Part shown: piece by piece, positions 17,050-26,827 of the stretch
Numbering within the stretch: the first letter of the stretch is position 1
How the letters are laid out: each line of letters starts with the position of its first letter
IMG/VR virus record: IMGVR_UViG_3300045996_003734
Span: 1 to 64,000 of that record
Direction: 5' to 3' (one strand)
Length of the DNA stretch: 64,000 bases
Source of the DNA: a virus
Position numbers and translations under genes: made by a program
Notes under the pieces: model-generated
Database searches by the model: none
What the model was told of the DNA's origin: nothing
What the model saw: only the letters and a program-made list of their open reading frames with translations

Positions 17050-19483
17050 AAAAGCGGTTTGGCACAACATGGGTCCGCACTCGGACTACGAGCTGGACCT
17101 GACGGCGCTGCCGGATGGCGCGCGCCTGGTGGCGCTCACCGGGCCGAACGGTCGCGGCAAGAGCTTCAGCCTCGAGGCGGCGGTGGCGGGCGCCTGCTAC
17201 CGCACCATGCCCACGCAGGGGACGCTGGCGAAGCGCGCGACAGCCACGGACAGCTGGCAGGAGTCGACGCTCTGCCACGGCGGCCATCGGTACCGCATCA
17301 AGCACCTCGTGAACGGCGGCACAGGCAAGGGCGAGACCCTCTGCCTGGTGGACGACGGCTCCGGCACGTTCGTGCCCGCCTACGGTGGCGGGACCGGCTT
17401 CAAGACGTTCGACGGCTGGGCGGCCCGACAGCTCCCCGATCCGGACGTGCTCTTCGCGAGCGTCTTTGCCGCGCAGCAGCAGGAGGGGTTCATCGCCATG
17501 ACCAGCGGCGAGCGCATCGCCGTCGTCCTGAGGGTGCTCGGCGTGGCGCGCTACGAGCGCATGGCCGAAGCGTTCCGAAAGCGGCGCGCCGCGGCCGCCG
17601 ACAAGCTGGCCGAGCTCGGGCGCCGCATCACCGACATTCGGGGCGGCAGCAAGCCCGTGGCGCTCTGCGAGGCGGAGCTGGAGGCGGCCATCGGCGCGGT
17701 CGCAATGCTGCAGGAGCTGGCAACGGCAGCCGAGCAAGCGCTCGCGGCAGGCAAGGAGAGCGAGGCACATGTCCGCATCGTGGCCACGCAACGGGACGCC
17801 GCGGTGCGGGAGCTCGCTGGCCTGCAGGAGCAGCTCGAGCAGGTGCAGCAGAAGCGCGCACCCGTGGCCGAGCGCGTGAGGAACAACCGCGCCGTGCAGG
17901 CCGAAGGCGACGCGATCCGTGCCGCCGAGGTCCGCGCTGCGGCGCTCCGCGGCGAGCTGGCCGAGCTCGAGCCGCAGGCGGTGGCCGCCAAGGCCGCCGT
18001 CGACGTCGTGCTGGCGCCTTGGGCGGACGTCATGACTCGGCTTGCGACCGAGCAGGAACGCCTCCGTCGTGCGGAAGCGCGGCTCCGCGATGCCGACGCA
18101 GTGCAGGCGGCGAAGACGGAGGTGGCCGCCCTGCGCGACGCCGTGCAAGAAGCGGAGGCCGAAGTAAGCCGCGCGGCCGCCAAGCTCGAGGAGCTGCAGG
18201 CGACCCATCTAGCTGGCGCGGAGGAGCGCATCGGGCAGCTGCGTGGGGGGCTCGACTCGATTCGAGAGGCAGCGTCGGCCAACGTGAACGTGGAAGCGGG
18301 CGACCTCGCGGCGATGGCCGCCGAGAGTCTCGAGGACGACGACACCGCGGTGGCGATGGCGCGCGAGCTGCCGGCCCTCCAGCGCACGGCGCGGGAGCGG
18401 CTCACGGCCGCCAAGACCCGCCACGCCGACGCAATGCGCCAGCTGGCAGAGGCGGAACGGCTCGCTGCGCGAGGCCCCGAAGTGGACGCGGCCGAGGGCG
18501 AGAAGCGCGAGGCCGACGCGGAGCTGCTGCGCCTGCGCGCCGGACACGCCGGGGCGGACGCTGAGGCCCAAGCGACGGCAAAGGCGCACGTCGCGCTGGC
18601 GCTGAAGGCGGACACCGCGCGCGCCGAGCTCGCGACGCTCAAGCCCCTGCTCGACCGCGCCACGCCCCTCGCCAACGCCGAGACCCGGCTGGCGGAGCTG
18701 GAGCCGCAGCTAGCGGCGTTCGACGCGGACGCCTCCCGGCTGGAAGCCGCCATCGCGGCGCTGCCGCCGCTGCCAGCGGTGCCCGAACGCCCGGACCTGA
18801 ACCGCCTCGAGGACGCTGCCGACCGCGCACACAACGCGCTCAGCGCCGGCCAGCAGGGTGTCACCCGCGCGGAGCACGCTCTCGAGCAGGCGCGCGCTGT
18901 CGACGCCAAGGTGGCGGGCCTCGAGGTGGAAGCGGCCACCGCGCAGGCCGAGCTCGAGCACTGGTCACGGCTCGCGCTCGACTTCGGCCGTGACGGCATC
19001 CAAAGCGCGGAGGTCGACAGCGCCGGCCCCGAGCTGACCGAGCTCATCAACGACTTGCTCCGGACCTGCCATGGCCCCCGCTTCACCGTCTCGGTCGAGA
19101 CGCAGCGGCTCAACGCCGACGGCAAGAAGACGATCGAGGAGTGCAACATCCGCGTCATCGACACCGTCGCCGGAACGGACAAGGAGGTGCGCGAGCACAG
19201 CGGCGGGGAGCGCGTCATCCTCGGCGAAGCCATCAGCCTCGCGCTCACGATGCTGGCTTGTCGGCGCGCCGGCTGGGAGCGCCCTACCCTCATCCGCGAC
19301 GAGAGCGCCGCCGCGCTCGACCCCGGCAACGCCCGCGCGTGGGTCGCCATGATGCGCCGCGCCGTCGAGCTCACCGGCGCCGACCGCCTGCTCTTCGTGA
19401 GCCACAGCCCCGAGGTCATCGAAATGGCCGACCACCGCATCGAAGTGGGCGCGCCGAGCGCGACGGAAGCGAGGGCAGCGTGA
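17039..19483 (+). CDS. sbcC: SbcC/Rad50-like SMC ATPase
   Basis: GPNGRGKS, long coiled coil, HSGGE, LIRDE, FVSH. Confidence 0.92.
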   Translation: MRLEKAVWHNMGPHSDYELDLTALPDGARLVALTGPNGRGKSFSLEAAVAGACYRTMPTQGTLAKRATATDSWQESTLCHGGHRYRIKHLVNGGTGKGETLCLVDDGSGTFVPAYGGGTGFKTFDGWAARQLPDPDVLFASVFAAQQQEGFIAMTSGERIAVVLRVLGVARYERMAEAFRKRRAAAADKLAELGRRITDIRGGSKPVALCEAELEAAIGAVAMLQELATAAEQALAAGKESEAHVRIVATQRDAAVRELAGLQEQLEQVQQKRAPVAERVRNNRAVQAEGDAIRAAEVRAAALRGELAELEPQAVAAKAAVDVVLAPWADVMTRLATEQERLRRAEARLRDADAVQAAKTEVAALRDAVQEAEAEVSRAAAKLEELQATHLAGAEERIGQLRGGLDSIREAASANVNVEAGDLAAMAAESLEDDDTAVAMARELPALQRTARERLTAAKTRHADAMRQLAEAERLAARGPEVDAAEGEKREADAELLRLRAGHAGADAEAQATAKAHVALALKADTARAELATLKPLLDRATPLANAETRLAELEPQLAAFDADASRLEAAIAALPPLPAVPERPDLNRLEDAADRAHNALSAGQQGVTRAEHALEQARAVDAKVAGLEVEAATAQAELEHWSRLALDFGRDGIQSAEVDSAGPELTELINDLLRTCHGPRFTVSVETQRLNADGKKTIEECNIRVIDTVAGTDKEVREHSGGERVILGEAISLALTMLACRRAGWERPTLIRDESAAALDPGNARAWVAMMRRAVELTGADRLLFVSHSPEVIEMADHRIEVGAPSATEARAA

Positions 19484-19818
19484 TGGGCGCGCGCAGCCTC
19501 CCGGACCCCGTGACGCGCGTGCCATTCGGGCAGGAATCGCGGAGCAAAGAGGAGTTCGGGCTTTTGCCAGGGCAGCTCGAGGTGGTGGTGGCACTCGTTG
19601 CCGCCGACTTCACGCAGGTCGGGCCGACGTCCGTGCAGGAGTTCGACCGCCTCGTGGACTGCGACCCTCACTCCTACATGGCCGCGCTCGAACGCGGCGG
19701 CTGGGTTGAGGTCGCGGGCACGCTGCCGCGCACCACCAGCAAGCTCTACCGCTCCACCGCGCGGGCTCGTCGCCTGCTCTGCCTCGAGAGCTGGTCGCTG
19801 CTCAAGGAGATCGCGTGA
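19483..19818 (+). CDS. winged-helix-like protein
   Basis: TGATG overlap; ALERGGWVE...KLYRSTARAR. Confidence 0.55.
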   Translation: MGARSLPDPVTRVPFGQESRSKEEFGLLPGQLEVVVALVAADFTQVGPTSVQEFDRLVDCDPHSYMAALERGGWVEVAGTLPRTTSKLYRSTARARRLLCLESWSLLKEIA

Positions 19819-20078
19819 ACCGTCCCACGCTCGACCGTCTCGCCGAGCTGGAGACGCTCGCTCCCGAGGAGGACTGCCCGGCAGACGCCCGCTTCTCCGT
19901 TCCGGCGTCGGACCTGCGAGACCTGCTGGCGCTCATTCCGATCGTGCTGGCGGCGGAGGCGCTCCGGAACTCGCTCGACGCAGACGAGCAGGAGGACCTG
20001 TCCGAGAAAGTTTGCGAAGCATTCGAGGCGTACGACCAAGTTCGCCCCGAGGAGTGGCAGCTGCACCATGGCCGGTGA
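19815..20078 (+). CDS. hypothetical protein
   Basis: GTGA overlap. Confidence 0.6.
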   Translation: MNRPTLDRLAELETLAPEEDCPADARFSVPASDLRDLLALIPIVLAAEALRNSLDADEQEDLSEKVCEAFEAYDQVRPEEWQLHHGR

Positions 20079-20568
20079 GGACCCCCGCTACTGCGCCTGG
20101 CTCCGTAAGCAGCCCTGCGCGAAGTGCCTCGCGACGTACGGCATCGAGGTGCATCACCCCCTTTGGGCGACCACCTACAGCCCGGAGGAAGCGCGGCCAG
20201 CTAAGGCGATTCCCGGCGCAAGGAAGGGCAAGGGCCAGCGCTGCCACGACCACTTCGGGCTGCCGCTCTGCCTCAAGTGCCACGTGCCAGGCATCCACAA
20301 CGGCGGCGGTCACTTCGCCGGCACCGCCGTGGAAGAGCGCGAGGCGTGGGAGCGCGAGCAGATTCCGGTGCACCGGCAGCGCTACGCCATGCAGGCGCCG
20401 GAGCCAGCCACGCCGCCGGCACGCGCCAAGCGTTCAATCGCGCCGAGCTCGTGGACGGTGGGCGCGGTGCTCGACCTGCTCCGCAAGGAAGCGCGGCACC
20501 GACCTGCCGACGTAGCTGCAGCTCTTACCGAGGTCGCGGACCTCGTCGAACACGGGAAGGACTTCTGA
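20068..20568 (+). CDS. DUF968/HNH-like Zn-binding protein
   Basis: YCAWLRKQPCAKC...EVHH...DHFGLPLCLKCH. Confidence 0.75.
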   Translation: MAGEDPRYCAWLRKQPCAKCLATYGIEVHHPLWATTYSPEEARPAKAIPGARKGKGQRCHDHFGLPLCLKCHVPGIHNGGGHFAGTAVEEREAWEREQIPVHRQRYAMQAPEPATPPARAKRSIAPSSWTVGAVLDLLRKEARHRPADVAAALTEVADLVEHGKDF

Positions 20569-21164
20569 TGCCTAGGCTCTTCAATCGGTTCATCGCCAAC
20601 TTGCTGCCGAAACTGAAGTGGCGCCACTTCGGCGTCGGCGCGCTCCAGGCCTACCTACACGAGGGCGAGCATGCCGAGCAGCGCCTCCATATCTGGCACC
20701 ACGGACTGATTCGGCCGGGAATTCTCGGGCACGGCGACTGCCACGACCACCGCTTTTCCTTCGTTTCCGAGGTGCTCTGCGGCGCCATCGACAACGAGGA
20801 GTGGTTCGTCGAGGAGCACCCCAAAGGCGACTACGACCTCTACGAGGTGGAGAACGCTCGAGCGGCACACGCAAGGCTCGGCAGCCATGACGGTGACGCC
20901 GTTGCGGTCGCCCGCTGTTACGCAGGCCCGCTGCAGCGGACGCTCGTAGTCGACGGCAAGAGCTACGAATTCGCCCGCGGCTCGTTCCACCGTTCAAGCT
21001 GCATCGGCCTCACGGTCACGCTGGTCACCAAGTTCGACCAACGCTCCGACGTCCGGGCGCGCATCCTCTGCCCGCACGGCAAGCCGCTCGTGCACGCCTT
21101 CGGAGGCCCAGAGCCTGACGTTCAGACCGTGCTTCGTGACGCCCAGGAGGCGCTCTGCCGATGA
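20568..21164 (+). CDS. cupin-fold metalloprotein
   Basis: RLHIW...HDHRFSFVSEVLCG...GKSY...FH. Confidence 0.65.
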   Translation: MPRLFNRFIANLLPKLKWRHFGVGALQAYLHEGEHAEQRLHIWHHGLIRPGILGHGDCHDHRFSFVSEVLCGAIDNEEWFVEEHPKGDYDLYEVENARAAHARLGSHDGDAVAVARCYAGPLQRTLVVDGKSYEFARGSFHRSSCIGLTVTLVTKFDQRSDVRARILCPHGKPLVHAFGGPEPDVQTVLRDAQEALCR

Positions 21165-21343
21165 AGCGCACCTATCCCCGCTGGGCCTGCACCCACGCTC
21201 GCTTCGCTTGGGAGGGCTCTCCGTACGAGGCTTGCCCGGGCTGCCGGAACCAGGTCCGCCGCTTCTTCCGCCACTGGTCGGCTTTCACCTTGGCCACGGT
21301 GCTCGCGCTGCTGGTGGTGTGCGCCGCGGCAGGTGCCCGGTGA
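21161..21343 (+). CDS. small membrane protein
   Basis: ATGA overlap; C-terminal hydrophobic segment. Confidence 0.5.
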   Translation: MKRTYPRWACTHARFAWEGSPYEACPGCRNQVRRFFRHWSAFTLATVLALLVVCAAAGAR

Positions 21344-22047
21344 GCAGCCTTCTCGACAAGATCCGGAAGCTGCTCGCGCTGAGCAAGAGTGCCAACGCGA
21401 ACGAAGCGGCCGCCGCTGCAGCTGCGGCCCAGCGGCTCATGACGGAGCACCAGATCGCCGAGGCGGAGGTCGACGACGGCGAGCTGCACGAACACGCCAC
21501 GCTTTCGGACGACCCTCTCGACACGTTCGGCAAGCGGTCCGTGGTTTGGAAAGAAGTGCTGAGCTCGCAGCTTTGCCTGCTGCATGGCTGCAAGGTCTGG
21601 CGAGAAAGCCTGTACGACGGCCCCACCGTGACCCGGCGTCTGCGCATCGTCGGGCGAGCGAGCGACGTAGGCAACGTGCGTTACCTGTACGCCTGGCTAA
21701 CCAGCGAAGTCGAGCGTCTCGTCCAGAGCAACGGCAAGGGTCGCGGGCAGCGCTACGCGTACAGCTACCGGGTCGGCGCCGTGAACGGGTGCATCGCAGC
21801 CATGTGGGCGGCTCACCGCGAGGTGCGCGCCGCGGCGACTGGTGCCGCCCTGGTTAAGGTCGACTCTCGACGCGCAGAGTCTGAAGCGGAGGCGAAGCGC
21901 GCTGTGGGGCACATCAAACCGGCACGACCGGCGTCCTTCACTCGTGACCCAGACGCTTACCAGCGCGGGGAAGCTGCCGGCCGGAGCCTGCACACCGGCG
22001 CGAAGCTCGGTGCCGCGGGCGCGCGCCTGCTGGGGAGCCGCTCGTGA
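21340..22047 (+). CDS. DUF2786-domain protein
   Basis: LLDKIRKLLALSKSANANEAAAAAAAAQRLM. Confidence 0.85.
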   Translation: MSSLLDKIRKLLALSKSANANEAAAAAAAAQRLMTEHQIAEAEVDDGELHEHATLSDDPLDTFGKRSVVWKEVLSSQLCLLHGCKVWRESLYDGPTVTRRLRIVGRASDVGNVRYLYAWLTSEVERLVQSNGKGRGQRYAYSYRVGAVNGCIAAMWAAHREVRAAATGAALVKVDSRRAESEAEAKRAVGHIKPARPASFTRDPDAYQRGEAAGRSLHTGAKLGAAGARLLGSRS

Positions 22048-22240
22048 ACGCCGTCGGCAAGGTCCACGAGCTCGACGCCAGCGGGCTCTACGACCCGCAC
22101 CACCGCCACCCGGGGCTAGTGGTCGTCACCATCACCTGCACTCACGAGCAGGCCGAAGCGTGGGGACTCCTTTGGGGCCACCACGTGCAGGCCCTCCCCT
22201 TCATCCCACCTGCCGAGCCGAGCTCGGAGAAGCGCTGACC

Positions 22241-22465
22241 ATGCCCGAAGAAACCGAGACCGACGAGACGAGAGGAACGACCGTGATGCACAAGGAATCT
22301 GGAGCCGTCGCCACGTTCGAGAACAAGACGGACGCCGACGCAGCCGGCTACACCGTGCCGCTCTCGCAGGACCAGTACGACATGGCCCTGCACATGAACC
22401 GCAAGCAGCGGCGCGCGTGGGCGGGCCAGCAGCGCGGCGCGAAGAAGAAGCCGGTGGGGGCATGA
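22241..22465 (+). CDS. hypothetical protein
   Basis: GGAG RBS; MNRKQRRA motif. Confidence 0.55.
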   Translation: MPEETETDETRGTTVMHKESGAVATFENKTDADAAGYTVPLSQDQYDMALHMNRKQRRAWAGQQRGAKKKPVGA

Positions 22466-24258
22466 CCGCAGCGCTCGCCGTCTCCGAGACCGTCGTCGAC
22501 TACCCGCTGGCGGACATCCTCGACCCGACGATCCGCAACTACCGCACCAACTTCCGGGGCATCGAGGAGCTGGAAGCCAGCGTCCGGGAGTCGGGCATCC
22601 GAGTCCCGCTCGTGCTGCGCCCCTCCCCCGCGGAGCCCGGCAAGCACGAGCTCGCCATCGGTGCCCGCCGTCGCGAGGCCGCCCGTCGCGCCGGGCTCGA
22701 GACCGTGCCCGTCATCGTCCGCGAGCTCTCCGACGAGGACGTGCACACGGAGCGCGCCATCGAGAACCTGCAGCGGGTCGACCCGGACCCCGTCGACGAG
22801 GCGGAGGCGTTCCAGCGCATGACCGGGCTCGGCTGGTCGGTGGCGCAGGTCGCCGCGAAGATCGGCAAGCCGCCGCGCTACGTGCTCGAGCGGCTCCAGC
22901 TCTGCAACCTCTGCGCGGAGGGCCGCGAGGCGCTCGAGCGAGGGACGCTGCTCGTCGGCGCGGCCATCGAGGTCGCGAAGCTCACGGGCGCGCTTCAGCT
23001 CGACGCGCTCTCCGAGATTGATGGGAGCATGGCGTGGCGCGGCGGGCTGGCGACGGCCGCCGACGCGCGCGAGGCCATCTCCAACCGCGTTATGCTCCGC
23101 CTTGCTGAGGCGCCATTCAAGCTGGACGACGCGACGCTGGTGCCCGCGGCAGGCGCTTGCACGACCTGCAAGAAGCGCACGGGCAGCCAAGCAGAGCTGT
23201 TCGCGGAGTTCGAGGCCGACCGCTGCACTGACGGGGCGTGCCACAAGAGCAAGCTCGACGCGCTCTGGCAGCTGCGCACGAAGCAGGCCAAGACCGACGG
23301 CGTCGAGGTGCTCAGCAAGAAGGCCGCCGCTGAGGCGCTCCGCTCAGCGCGCGCGAGCTACGGCACCGGCGCCTACGTGAGGCTCGACGAGAAGGTGCAC
23401 CTGGGCTCAAGCAAGCCCAAGTCGCTCAAGTCGGCATTCGGCAAGGAGCTGCCGCCCGTCACCCTTGCCCGCGACGAGGAGAGCGGGGCGCCCGTGGAGC
23501 TCGTGCCGCGCAAGGCCGTGGAGGCGTTGCTGAAGGCACACGGACCGAAGACCGGCGGGAGCGATTCACCCAAGGCGGACGCGAAAGCCAAAGCCGAGCG
23601 CGAAGCCGAGCGCATCAAGGCGGAGGTGAACCGCCGGGCGATGACCGCCATCGTGGAGGCCGCAGACGCCGCCAGCCGCAAGGGCAAGCCGTCCCGCTCG
23701 TTGCTGCGCCTGGCCATCCGCGGCGCGCTCGACTCCGTCTGGACGGACGTCACCAAGAAGGTAGCCGACCGCCGGGGCCTGCCCCTCACTGACGAGACGC
23801 AGGGCACGACCAAAAAGGGGGCGAAGCGGCAGCTTGAGCGCCTCACGCCGGCCGCGCGAATCGAGCGGCTCCTGGAGAGTCTCGACGAGGGAGGACTCTT
23901 CGCGCTGCTGCTCGAGCTCGCGATGGGGCGCTCCGTGCCCGGCAAGTGGAGCGAGGGCTCCGACTGCTACGCCGAGCTTTGTACGGAGCTGGGCGTAAAC
24001 CCGAAGGGCATTGAGGTCGTCGTGAAGGCGGAGCGCAAAGAGAAGGCCACGGGCAACAAGGCCACGAAGGCCCCAGCTCGCCCAGAGCACCCCGCAACCG
24101 GGCAGGTGGTCCACTTCATCGACCCCACCGGCCTCAGCAAGACCGGCGTGGCGTGCGGCGGCAAGGTCGGGGACGGCAAGGGCATCGTCACCGACGACGC
24201 AGCGAAGGTCACCTGCAAGAGTTGCCGGCGGACGGCTGGGCTCGGCGCGCTTGGATAG
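22462..24258 (+). CDS. ParB/Spo0J-family protein with Cys clusters
   Basis: NYR...ELEASVRESGIRVPLVLR...GARRREAA...ENLQRVD. Confidence 0.9.
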   Translation: MTAALAVSETVVDYPLADILDPTIRNYRTNFRGIEELEASVRESGIRVPLVLRPSPAEPGKHELAIGARRREAARRAGLETVPVIVRELSDEDVHTERAIENLQRVDPDPVDEAEAFQRMTGLGWSVAQVAAKIGKPPRYVLERLQLCNLCAEGREALERGTLLVGAAIEVAKLTGALQLDALSEIDGSMAWRGGLATAADAREAISNRVMLRLAEAPFKLDDATLVPAAGACTTCKKRTGSQAELFAEFEADRCTDGACHKSKLDALWQLRTKQAKTDGVEVLSKKAAAEALRSARASYGTGAYVRLDEKVHLGSSKPKSLKSAFGKELPPVTLARDEESGAPVELVPRKAVEALLKAHGPKTGGSDSPKADAKAKAEREAERIKAEVNRRAMTAIVEAADAASRKGKPSRSLLRLAIRGALDSVWTDVTKKVADRRGLPLTDETQGTTKKGAKRQLERLTPAARIERLLESLDEGGLFALLLELAMGRSVPGKWSEGSDCYAELCTELGVNPKGIEVVVKAERKEKATGNKATKAPARPEHPATGQVVHFIDPTGLSKTGVACGGKVGDGKGIVTDDAAKVTCKSCRRTAGLGALG

Positions 24259-24264
24259 AAGTCT

Positions 24265-24966
24265 TCACCAGGTGTCCAGCGGCTCGAGCTCGACCCCGCC
24301 CCGCTTCGCCGACGCGCCCATGTCAGCGCGGAGCGCCTGGAACTGGTGACGTTGTCGCACTCGCGCGAATCGCGACCGAAACATCTTGAACTCAGAATCG
24401 CTCACCGCGAAGGCAAGGACTTCAAGGTCCCGGTGAAACACGCGCCAAATGTGCAAGGATTCGGCCTTCATTGCCAATTCGGTAGTCGTTATGACCGTGA
24501 GAATGGCGGAGCTCGCTATCGTGAACCACATGAGCGCACGGACGTTGTTGATCAGCCAGCGACCGGCCTTCTCCTCAAGCGGCGGCCGACTAGCGCGAAG
24601 TCGCTTACCTGGCTCTCCGAACGCACCGATCGCTCCCCGGGGGCGGATAGCTCGGAACGCTCGCGCGCACGCGAACCCCATCAAGATCGTGTAGAGGATC
24701 CAGAAGATCATCAGCAACTCGAGGCTGGCAATACCGGTCGGATCGAGCGTCGCTTTGGCGTACACCGAATCGCGAACAGCGGACGAGCCTAGGGTGAGCA
24801 TCGAGAGGCACCCCTTACCAAAAGCCGATAGGCCCGGCTTAAATAGGAAGTCGTAGAGCGCTGACCCGAGGAGTCCTAGGACGATGGCCCCGAAGAGCCC
24901 CCTGAAGCTCGTCCTCCAGGCATCGGTCCCCGGCTCCGCCTTTCCCGCCTCACCGTCGTCCAACAT
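24265..24966 (-). CDS. multi-TM membrane protein (moron)
   Basis: About three hydrophobic segments; lower GC; opposite strand. Confidence 0.75.
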   Translation of the reverse strand: MLDDGEAGKAEPGTDAWRTSFRGLFGAIVLGLLGSALYDFLFKPGLSAFGKGCLSMLTLGSSAVRDSVYAKATLDPTGIASLELLMIFWILYTILMGFACARAFRAIRPRGAIGAFGEPGKRLRASRPPLEEKAGRWLINNVRALMWFTIASSAILTVITTTELAMKAESLHIWRVFHRDLEVLAFAVSDSEFKMFRSRFARVRQRHQFQALRADMGASAKRGGVELEPLDTW

Positions 24967-25060
24967 GGGCGACGGACTCTACTGCACCGTACCAAAGGTG
25001 CGTAAGGCCCATCCGCGCCCCTGCACAGATGGGGGCGTTTGCGGGCCGGGCGCTCGAGAG

Positions 25061-25471
25061 TCACCTACTTGCCCTGGCCGCCTTCGTCGGCCCTGCGCTC
25101 TGGTCGACGGTGTCGAACGCAGAGATAACAAGCCCCTTCACCGGCACGTATGCGTCCAGCATGTAGGCGAGCTTCCGCGTGGCGACCTCCGCCAGCTCCC
25201 ACGCCTCGTTAAGCTGCCGGCTGTGCTCCTTCGCGCCGCGGGCCATGCGAAGCGCGCTCTGCAGGTCCTTGCCGATCGCCACGAGTTCGGGGAGGCGCTT
25301 GTCGCCGGTCACGCCGTGGCCCTTCCAGCTGCGGTACAGCAAGCGAGCGATCCCGATCAGGTCGCGGACGGTCTGGGTGGGAAACGGGCGCGGCACGGAC
25401 CATGGAACGATCCTGCCGGCGCTCGCGGCGTCAATCGATTCCACTAAACCCGCGAAACCGCAGGCGTACAC
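25061..25471 (-). CDS. small four-helix-bundle-like protein (start probably near 25396)
   Basis: PFPTQTVRDLIGIAR...; amphipathic helices. Confidence 0.6.
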   Translation of the reverse strand: MYACGFAGLVESIDAASAGRIVPWSVPRPFPTQTVRDLIGIARLLYRSWKGHGVTGDKRLPELVAIGKDLQSALRMARGAKEHSRQLNEAWELAEVATRKLAYMLDAYVPVKGLVISAFDTVDQSAGPTKAARASR

Positions 25472-25481
25472 GAGCTACCTG

Positions 25482-25751
25482 ATGCTGCGCCGAGAGCGAT
25501 GCGGTACGGGTGGAACCTTGCCACCCTCGTACCGACCACCTCCGCGCTTCGCAGTCCACGAGGTTTGGCGCGTCGAGCGCGTCTTCCAGGACGGTCACCG
25601 GGAGCTCGTCACGCTAGCTGGCGAGCCCTGGGAGGGGCCGGAGGCGAAAGCTCGCGAGCGAGCGCGGCTAATGCAGCTGGAAGAGCCCGAAGTACGTTTT
25701 GAGGTGCTCTCGGTCATTAAGGGGCAACCGGGCCAGCCTCCGTCCGAGTAG
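25482..25751 (+). CDS. hypothetical protein (start uncertain)
   Basis: C-terminal part of ORF 25179-25751. Confidence 0.45.
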   Translation: MLRRERCGTGGTLPPSYRPPPRFAVHEVWRVERVFQDGHRELVTLAGEPWEGPEAKARERARLMQLEEPEVRFEVLSVIKGQPGQPPSE

Positions 25752-25863
25752 GGGGAGCCAGCCCGCTGCAGGCTCACACCCGACCGTCTTTCCTTGATGG
25801 CGGCGGGCTGGCATCTTCGCCGCGTGGCGTTAGTACCCCTGTGCGCTCTTTAGGCATACCTAA

Positions 25864-25957
25864 TATCAACCACTTAGACGTGCCCGGCTTCAGAAACGGA
25901 AGATGAAGCCGTTCAACTGTGCCACGACCTTGACCTGCAGCCAGCTGGTCCAATACT
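25864..25957 (+). promoter_or_regulatory. IHF consensus site plus sigma70-like promoter
   Basis: TATCAACCACTTA (WATCAANNNNTTR) at 25864-25876; TTGACC-N16-AATACT at 25930-25957. Confidence 0.55.
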
Positions 25958-26032
25958 CTCGTGAATCACGGGCCACGGAGGTCCGTGGGGCTGGCGTGGT
26001 TGCCAGGCTAAGTTTTTAGGAGCAAGACTCAG

Positions 26033-26800
26033 ATGCCTTCGGTGTGTTCATCGATCGACTCGGTGGCGACGCGCGCCAAGAGGGCGATCGTTGCTCACCA
26101 GTACGAGGCTCCGTTTTCGGCGGAGTCCTTTGAGTTCACCGTGCTGGCCGAGCGCAACGCTCGACGGAAGAAACCCCTAAGTTTCCTCCCGAAGGCGCCG
26201 CGCCGACGTACGCCGCCGATTCAGTTGCCCGCGGCCAACGCGTCGCAGCCTGCCGTGTCGGCCATCATCTCCTCCGTCCGCACATCGCTCGTGCTTCCGG
26301 CTCTGCGAGCGGAGACCGTCGAGCAGTTCTACGACATCGTAAGTGGACACTTCGCCGAGTTCGTGAACGCCATGGAGGCGATCAAGACCGTCCGTCGAGC
26401 CACGGGTGACGAGCCGAGGTCTGACTACTCCTTCATGGACAAGTATGTCGGCCGCATCGGCAAACTGTTCGGCGAAGACGCTGAAGAAGAATTGCGATTC
26501 GATCTCGCCACAATGAAGCGCGCGAGCGCTCTCGTTCGTGCGCTCGCCCCAGGCGAGATGACCTCCGCAGAGTCTGACCTCGCGCGTGACTTTCAAGTGA
26601 ACGTTGCCATGCACACGATCGGCATCGTGTTGCTGATGGACCTGTGCTGCGAAGCTGAGTATTCGAAGGTGGGTTACCAGCAAGCTTTCGAACTCTCGCG
26701 GGGCTGCGCGCTGCGCGCGTATGCTGCTGTGCGGCAGGCGCACGACCTGCGCTCGCCGCCGCCAGTAGTCGAGATGGGCAGCGGCGACGATATCGAGTGA
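26033..26800 (+). CDS. helical hypothetical protein, candidate partner of the MazF-like gene
   Basis: AGGAG RBS; 27 bp upstream of the PemK-like ORF. Confidence 0.75.
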   Translation: MPSVCSSIDSVATRAKRAIVAHQYEAPFSAESFEFTVLAERNARRKKPLSFLPKAPRRRTPPIQLPAANASQPAVSAIISSVRTSLVLPALRAETVEQFYDIVSGHFAEFVNAMEAIKTVRRATGDEPRSDYSFMDKYVGRIGKLFGEDAEEELRFDLATMKRASALVRALAPGEMTSAESDLARDFQVNVAMHTIGIVLLMDLCCEAEYSKVGYQQAFELSRGCALRAYAAVRQAHDLRSPPPVVEMGSGDDIE

Positions 26801-26827
26801 GTTTCTTCTTCGTCGGGGGTACGACAC

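Noticed and set aside
17551-19671. Long antisense ORFs (also 43663-45393, 57499-59154, 58815-60701)
   Set aside because: Shadow ORFs expected opposite real genes in high-GC DNA
22462-24258. Phage-plasmid partition system
   Set aside because: No ParA seen; integrase and att site are present
25061-25471. Diversity-generating retroelement (Avd-like gene)
   Set aside because: No reverse transcriptase seen; differences between the repeated regions are not adenine-specific
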